Shown here in pieces: positions 57,501 through 64,000 of a DNA stretch of 64,000 bases; the stretch's first letter is position 1, and every line of letters begins with the position of its first letter. The DNA is from an uncultured Gammaproteobacteria bacterium (GTDB lineage: Bacteria > Pseudomonadota > Gammaproteobacteria > UBA9214): contig CAVVHS010000008.1 in NCBI GenBank assembly GCA_963748215.1, positions 160,001 through 224,000 on the forward strand, in the 5' to 3' direction. The translations under genes were made by a program, and so were the position numbers. The notes under the pieces were generated by a model. The model ran no database searches and was not told the origin of the DNA. It worked only from the letters and a program-made list of their open reading frames with translations.

Positions 57501-58596
57501 TGAGCCAGGCGCAGGCGATCGCCTGGCTGGATCCGACGGCCGGCAACCCGCTGGGTGACTTCACCCATGCGATCTGGGATCCGAGCATCGCCGATGCGAA
57601 TCTCGCGATCATCGAGGTCCGCAACGGTGCACCCTTCGGCACCACGGATGCAGACGGTGACTTCTCGGTGCGCATCCTGGACTTCTGCACCACGCCGGAC
57701 TGCGTGTCGGCAGCCCAGGCCGTGCTCAGACGGCGAGGGCAATGGCGGTCGGCGGTGGCGGTGCCGTTCTCTGCGGCCACCGACGGTCGCGACCACTGGC
57801 TGGCCCGGGCGAACCGCACTGCGCGGACTGCCATGCGGCACCGTACGTGGAGCAGAGGGCGGCAACGCCGGCGAGGTCAATGCCTGGGGCGACACCAGTT
57901 CAGCCGCCGTTCAACTACCCGCGCAAGGCGAGCCTGATGCGCTACTCGACGCGGCCACCAGGACATCACCTGCCAGGGTTGCCACGAGTCGATCCATGGT
58001 CTGTATCCGGTGACGCCGACCATCGACATCGACCAGCTACGCGCAGGCGGCGGCGCTGAACCATGACGGTTCGCACGGCCCGCTGAAGTGCGGCACCTGC
58101 CACACGGTGGGCACCAACGGTCATCCCGACCTGGATCCGCAAGACATCGATCTTCGGCGGGAATCTGGACGCGGCGACGACCTGGGCGCATACCTACACC
58201 GAGGATGCCGATCCGCTCGACTCGACCTGCCAGAACTGCCACGGCGATCGCCGCAGCAAGATCGGCGAGGACAAGGGCAAGTGGCTGCGGCACTCGTTCC
58301 TGGGCCGCATCGGTCGCCTGACGCAGGACAAGGCCGAGATCTCGGCGCTGGGTCACGTGGCGGGCGATCCCGACACCAACGGTGACGGTACGCCGGATCG
58401 CACGGCGACGCAGATCGCCAACACGGTCTGCACCGCCTGCCACTCGCTCAACGGCGGTCCCTCGGGCAACTTCCTGAGCCTGGCCACCTGCAGCAACCCG
58501 ACCTGGAAGCAGCACCTGGTGCAGGGTCGCCTGTCCGAAGTGACCTGGGAGTTCATCTCCGAGTCACAGAACGGCGGCTCGACCTGCGGCTGGTAG
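54570..58596 (+). CDS. Large secreted multiheme c-type cytochrome with N-terminal PKD and Ig/cadherin-like repeats (one gene broken by many frameshifts)
   Basis: Signal peptide; PKD-like YAWTF; NNPPVANNDSY..GVLGND repeats; MNYELGMHC..CCVLPPYN; nine CXXCH (CERCH, CQKCH, CQGCH, CTNCH, CADCH, CQGCH, CGTCH, CQNCH, CTACH). Confidence 0.85.
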
Positions 58597-58650
58597 AGTC
58601 CCCACGGTCCCGCCGGCACCCGGTGCCGGCGGGACTCTCACGCAAGCGAT

Positions 58651-58681
58651 GGAGGGGGAGCCGTTCCCCCTCCTTTTTTTT
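58651..58681 (+). terminator. Rho-independent terminator
   Basis: GGAGGGGGA-GCCGT-TCCCCCTCC plus T8; another long hairpin at ~58607-58635. Confidence 0.88.
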
Positions 58682-58838
58682 GCCCTGCATACACGGCCGG
58701 ATCCGTCCGGTTCCCGACCGTTGTCTCGGCGGGTAGACAAATTCCGCCGCGTTGACTGCCGGGACGGGAACGGGAGCCTGCCGCGGGTTGTCTCACTGCG
58801 GTATCATGACAAACCTATAGAATTCGGGAACATGCCTT

Positions 58839-60350
58839 ATGAATCGTGTAATTGACAGCGCCTTGCGCGCACTCCTCCTGACGACGGGCCTCGGGCTGCT
58901 GGCGGCCTGTGATTCCGCGTCGCACCCCTCGGCGGCCGTAGCCGAAGAGGCCGCGCCGGCGGCGTCGCAATCCGCGGCGACCGCGGCACCGTCCGACGAC
59001 GTGATCGCCCGGGTCGGTGACCAGGCCATTCACTTCAGCGAGCTGAATACGATGCTGAACAGTTCGGCGGTGGTGGGGGTCTCGATCCCCGCCCTGGGTA
59101 CACCGCAGCGCGATACCGTGCGTATCACGCTGCTGGACAAGATGGTTGACGCCAACCTGCTCTACCTGGACGCCCTGCGCCAGGGGCTGGACAAGGACCC
59201 GGCCTATACGCGGGAGACAGGCAATTTTTCGGATGCCATTCTGCAGGGGCTGTACCGTGACCGGGTCATGCTCGCAGGTGCCGAGGTCAGCGCGGCGGAC
59301 ATCGAGACATTCCACAGGGAAAATTCCGTGGAAGGTGCCGAGCTGACCGATGAACTGCGCACCGTGATCGCGGCGAATCTGCGCAAGCAGCGACTCGATG
59401 CGCAGAGCGAGACGCTGCGCGCCCGTCTGCGCGAGGGCGTGACCGTGGAACTCAACGATGCCGCGCTGGATCCGCTCCAGGACGCCGAACGTCCGAATGA
59501 TACCGTGCTGGCAACCATCGACGGGGTGGCACTGACCTGGAGCGAGGTCAAGGACCGCCTCGGTACCCAGGTGAGTTCCGCCTCCGGCGAGGACCGCCGC
59601 GCGGCGGTGAATGCGCTCGTGGACATGCGCATCAGCGTGGACAAGGCCCGGGCTGCCGGACTGGACCAGGACCCGGCGTACACGGCCCGGGTCGGGGAAT
59701 ACCGCAAGACCAGTCTCATCAATCTGCACCGCGGCAACCTTGCGGCCGGGATGGAGCCGGATGACGCAGCGCTGCGTGCCTACTTCGAGGCGAATCGTGC
59801 GCGCATCACCGTACCGGAATTTCGCAAGGTACAGATGGTGGTGCTGAAGTCGCGGGAGGAGGCCGAGGCCATCAAGGCCCGGGTCGAAGCCGAGGATCTG
59901 ACCATGTACCAGGCGGTCGCCGAGCATTCCATCGCGCCCGAGGCGGACAAGAACCTGGGCGAGATCGGCTGGGTGGCCAAGGGCAAGGCGCTGCCGGAGC
60001 TGAACGATGTCGTGTTTTCCCTGCAGCCGGGCGAGATCGGCGGGCCGGTGCAGGTCGGTGACGTCTGGCACCTGGTGACGGTACAGGATTTGCGGGATGC
60101 GAAGTACACGGATCTCAGCGAGCCGGCCACCCGCAAGCTGGCTCGGCGGATGTACATCCACGACAAGCTGGCTGGCTATAGCGCGGATTTGCGCAAGAAC
60201 GACTTCTCGGTCGAGGTCTACGAGGACAGGCTGATTGCGCTCGCCCAGCAGGAGGCGGACATGGTCCGGCAGCTGTCGGAGAAGGCAGGCGAGCCGGGTT
60301 CGGTCACGCAGCAGCGCATCAAGGAACTGCAGAAGATCTACGAGCAGTAG
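58839..60350 (+). CDS. Lipoprotein with SurA-like and parvulin (PpiC) PPIase domains
   Basis: Lipobox LLAAC; EHSIAP..NLGEIGWV..GEIGGPV..WHLV. Confidence 0.85.
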   Translation: MNRVIDSALRALLLTTGLGLLAACDSASHPSAAVAEEAAPAASQSAATAAPSDDVIARVGDQAIHFSELNTMLNSSAVVGVSIPALGTPQRDTVRITLLDKMVDANLLYLDALRQGLDKDPAYTRETGNFSDAILQGLYRDRVMLAGAEVSAADIETFHRENSVEGAELTDELRTVIAANLRKQRLDAQSETLRARLREGVTVELNDAALDPLQDAERPNDTVLATIDGVALTWSEVKDRLGTQVSSASGEDRRAAVNALVDMRISVDKARAAGLDQDPAYTARVGEYRKTSLINLHRGNLAAGMEPDDAALRAYFEANRARITVPEFRKVQMVVLKSREEAEAIKARVEAEDLTMYQAVAEHSIAPEADKNLGEIGWVAKGKALPELNDVVFSLQPGEIGGPVQVGDVWHLVTVQDLRDAKYTDLSEPATRKLARRMYIHDKLAGYSADLRKNDFSVEVYEDRLIALAQQEADMVRQLSEKAGEPGSVTQQRIKELQKIYEQ

Positions 60351-60353
60351 GCG

Positions 60354-60848
60354 ATGTCCACGAGTCGTGGCGCATACAGGCGTAGTTGGGGCGGGATGCG
60401 GCGTGCCCTGCCGGCGCAGCGCCGTGCGGTGGCCACAGGTACCTGCGGCCTACTGGTGGCCGTTCTGCTGCTGGTCTGTCCGGGTGCGCCGCTGCGGGCG
60501 GATGATTTCCTCTCGCCCGGTATTGCACCCGTGGACCTGCAGCAGCGGCTCGCCAGTGACCGGGCGCCGCTGGTCGTGGACCTGCGTGCGCCGGTCGAAT
60601 ACAGCATTGCCCACATCCCCGGCGCGATCAATGTGCCTGTCACCGAACTGGAGGCGCGCATCGAGGAACTCAGGAACCCGAACGGCGTGGTGATCTACTG
60701 TCTCAACGGCAGCCGCACGCGCCAGGCCGAGCCCATCCTGTACGCTCACGATATCGATAACTTCTCCCGCCTGGAGGGCACGCTGCAGGCCTGGCTGAAG
60801 CAGAATCTGCCGTATGAGAAGGGCGGGGTGCAGCGCACCGGCTGGTAG
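60354..60848 (+). CDS. Exported single-domain rhodanese (sulfurtransferase)
   Basis: VVDLR..EY..AHIPGAINVP, active-site YCLNGSRT, LEG..AW; signal-like segment; start uncertain. Confidence 0.87.
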   Translation: MSTSRGAYRRSWGGMRRALPAQRRAVATGTCGLLVAVLLLVCPGAPLRADDFLSPGIAPVDLQQRLASDRAPLVVDLRAPVEYSIAHIPGAINVPVTELEARIEELRNPNGVVIYCLNGSRTRQAEPILYAHDIDNFSRLEGTLQAWLKQNLPYEKGGVQRTGW

Positions 60849-61034
60849 GCGAACGGCCTGCGGCCGGAATCAATAGAATCAATAGGGTCAGACTCGATTG
60901 ATCAGTCATCAACAGCGAATGCTGTCGATCCGGATGCGGAACAACGGGAGCTATGCCTGGCAGCGCAGGAGTAGTAAAGATGCTACGCTCCAATCCCAGA
61001 GCGACATTAATAACACGCTGAATTTATTGGAAAA

Positions 61035-61111
61035 TGGTGGCTACGGGTGGACTTGAACCACCGACCCCAGCATTATGAGTGCTGTGCTCTAACCAGCTGA
61101 GCTACGTAGCC
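61035..61111 (-). tRNA. tRNA-Met (CAT), elongator type
   Basis: GGCTACGTAGCTCAGCTGGTTAGAGCACAGCACTCATAATGCTGGGGTCGGTGGTTCAAGTCCACCCGTAGCCACCA cloverleaf with encoded CCA. Confidence 0.97.
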
Positions 61112-61237
61112 AAAAGGGGTGCAAAGGGTACCCGAAAACCCGGTGCGGGGACAAGCTCCCTCGCAGCCCGGATCGTGCGTTGCGCCATGCGCACCGCGCA
61201 TGGAACGGTCACACCCGGATGGTGTATACCGCGCGCC

Positions 61238-62330
<1,093 letters not shown>

Positions 62331-62339
62331 ATTGATTCC

Positions 62340-62403
62340 GCAGGGTGCGTCATGCGCACCATTACTGTCTGTCAACGTGTCTGGTGCGCGTGGCGCACCC
62401 TAC
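62340..62403. repeat. Inverted pair of GTAG-type REP palindromes
   Basis: GCAGGGTGCGTCATGCGCACC ... GGTGCGCGTGGCGCACCCTAC between pth and ychF. Confidence 0.65.
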
Positions 62404-62404
62404 G

Positions 62405-62983
62405 CTATTTAATGGTGTGCAGGTCCTTCATCGCCGCCTCGACCTCGCCGGCCAGAAGGCGCGGCAGGACGTCGATGGCCGCCTCGATAGCCTGGTCGAT
62501 CAGCCGGCGCTCTTCCGCTGTCGCCGGCTTCAGCACGTGGCCGGTGACGTCTTCCCTGTGACCGGGATGACCGATACCGATGCGCAGGCGCAGGAAATCA
62601 TTGCCGCCCAGCTGCGGTATCAGGTCGCGCAGCCCGTTGTGACCGCCGTGCCCGCCGTCCTTCTTCAGCCGCACCGTGCCGGCCGGCAGGTCCAGCTCGT
62701 CATGCACGACAAGAATGCCGTTGCGCGGGATCTGGTAGAACCGGGCCAGTGCGGACACCGGCCCGCCGCTGCAGTTCATGAACGCCTGCGGCTTCTGCAG
62801 GCGACAGTCATGCCCGTGCAGGGTGCAGCGCGCCACCTCGCTCTTGTGCCTGTTGTCGGCCTGGAAATGTGCACCGCAGCGGCGCGCGACCTCGTCCACA
62901 AACCAGAACCCGGCATTATGCCGGGTCTGTGCGTACTTGTTTCCGGGATTACCCAGCCCGGCGACGAGCTGTATCGCAACCAA
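62405..62983 (-). CDS. pth: Peptidyl-tRNA hydrolase
   Basis: GLGNPG, TRHNAGF, HDELD, GGHNGL, RLRIGIGHP. Confidence 0.97.
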   Translation of the reverse strand: MVAIQLVAGLGNPGNKYAQTRHNAGFWFVDEVARRCGAHFQADNRHKSEVARCTLHGHDCRLQKPQAFMNCSGGPVSALARFYQIPRNGILVVHDELDLPAGTVRLKKDGGHGGHNGLRDLIPQLGGNDFLRLRIGIGHPGHREDVTGHVLKPATAEERRLIDQAIEAAIDVLPRLLAGEVEAAMKDLHTIK

Positions 62984-62995
62984 AGCAGCGTGCGC

Positions 62996-63652
62996 CTAGT
63001 CGCTCTCGCCCGGTGTGGCCTCGCCCTCGCCCTCGCCCTCGGGAGCTGCCTCCTCTTCCGGCTCCTCTTCCTCGACACGCGGGGCATGCAGACTCACGAC
63101 CGCATGGTCATGATCCTCGCCACGCTCCAGCTCGACCAGGGTCACGCCCGCAGGCACGACCAGTTGGGAGAGATGGATCGAGTCACCGATTTCAAGACCG
63201 GTGACATCGACCTCGAGGTACTCCGGCAGGTCCTTCGGCAGACATTCCACCTCGACATCGGTCAGTTCGTGTGACACCAGGGCACCGGCCTTGACGGCCG
63301 CCGAGGTGTCTTCACCGAGGAAGTGCAGCGGCACGTTGGTGCGCAGCGTCTCGGTCATGTTCACGCGCTGCAGGTCGACGTGCATGATGACCGGCCGGCT
63401 CGGGTGACGCTGCAGGTCACGCAGGATCGCCGGCGTTTCCGTGCCGCCGATCCTGATGGTCAGGATGTGCGAATAAAACGCCTCGTGCTCGAGGTTGCGG
63501 AGCACCTGGTTGTGGGACAGCGTCAGTGATTCGGGATCCTTGTCGCCACCATAGATGATGGCAGGTACCTTGCCGGCACGACGCAGGCGGCGGCTCGCAC
63601 CCTTCCCCAGGTCAGTGCGCGACTCGGCAGTTAATTCAAAGCTGATAGCCAT
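62996..63652 (-). CDS. rplY: 50S ribosomal protein L25/Ctc
   Basis: GKGASRRLRR..VPAIIYGG, HVDLQRV; long Ctc form with acidic tail. Confidence 0.97.
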   Translation of the reverse strand: MAISFELTAESRTDLGKGASRRLRRAGKVPAIIYGGDKDPESLTLSHNQVLRNLEHEAFYSHILTIRIGGTETPAILRDLQRHPSRPVIMHVDLQRVNMTETLRTNVPLHFLGEDTSAAVKAGALVSHELTDVEVECLPKDLPEYLEVDVTGLEIGDSIHLSQLVVPAGVTLVELERGEDHDHAVVSLHAPRVEEEEPEEEAAPEGEGEGEATPGESD

Positions 63653-63685
63653 GTGACTTCTCCAACAAAAAAGCACCATGCGGTG

Positions 63686-63718
63686 CAGGTAAAGCCTCTC
63701 CCGCGACCAGGAGAGACA
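63686..63718 (-). promoter_or_regulatory. Putative L25 autoregulatory leader hairpin
   Basis: TCTCC-TGGTCGC-GGGAGA hairpin with GGTCGC in the rplY 5' UTR. Confidence 0.45.
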
Positions 63719-63764
63719 GGGTATCGCGGCATCATCATTACAATGCCGCGACGGTTAAAATCAT

Positions 63765-64000
63765 TCAGTCCATGAACAGCGAGCTGACGGACTCTTCGTC
63801 ACTGATGCGGCGCATCGTTTCCGCCAGCATGGCGGCGACACTCAGCTGCCTGATCTTTTCACAGCTGCGCGCGTTCTCGCGCAGCGGGATGGTGTCTGTC
63901 ACCACCAGTTCGTCCAGTTCCGATGCCTCGATGTTGTCGACCGCCGCACCCGACAGCACCGGGTGTGTACAGTAGGCCACCACGCGCCGTGCACCTTCAT
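63765..64000 (-). CDS. prs: Ribose-phosphate pyrophosphokinase, C-terminal part
   Basis: [24 protein letters not shown]; prs-rplY-pth-ychF synteny. Confidence 0.95.
   Translation of the reverse strand, partial: EGARRVVAYCTHPVLSGAAVDNIEASELDELVVTDTIPLRENARSCEKIRQLSVAAMLAETMRRISDEESVSSLFMD

Noticed and set aside
54570-58596. Selenocysteine or stop-codon readthrough explaining the broken cytochrome ORFs
   Set aside because: Motif continuity requires frame changes rather than in-frame TGA readthrough

Overview
GC-rich gammaproteobacterial window, probably from a sulfur oxidiser/denitrifier (inferred from an aprM remnant, three DsrC/TusE paralogs, a persulfide dioxygenase, nirK and nsrR-nnrS). 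The right end is core chromosome (prs-rplY-pth-ychF-tRNA-Met). From that tRNA-Met leftwards, ~48 kb looks like three islands stacked in tandem. They are bounded by copies of the tRNA 3' half at 51791, 47163 and (very degenerate) 12984. Each copy is followed by a shared non-coding arm, two are followed by an RHH/Doc toxin-antitoxin module, and only an integrase C-terminal relic remains. Cargo: (i) a sigma54-driven ~4 kb secreted Ig/PKD-domain multiheme cytochrome with nine CXXCH motifs, plus a PPIase lipoprotein and a rhodanese; (ii) nirK with a Cys-rich sensor sigma54 activator; (iii) a large region with NsrR/NnrS, three Cys-less DsrC homologs, hemerythrin/UbiT, a putA-Coq4-like-ThDP decarboxylase operon, orphan nuoI, a bacterioferritin-like gene, hflKC, cyclic beta-1,2-glucan synthase, MITEs, RAYT/REP relics and several gene remnants. 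Left of the islands are a PAS kinase/OmpR pair, recQ and an RpfC/RpfF DSF quorum-sensing pair. Many genes, including core ychF, carry single-base frameshifts that are most likely sequencing errors. All identifications come from motif recognition by eye; no database searches were run.
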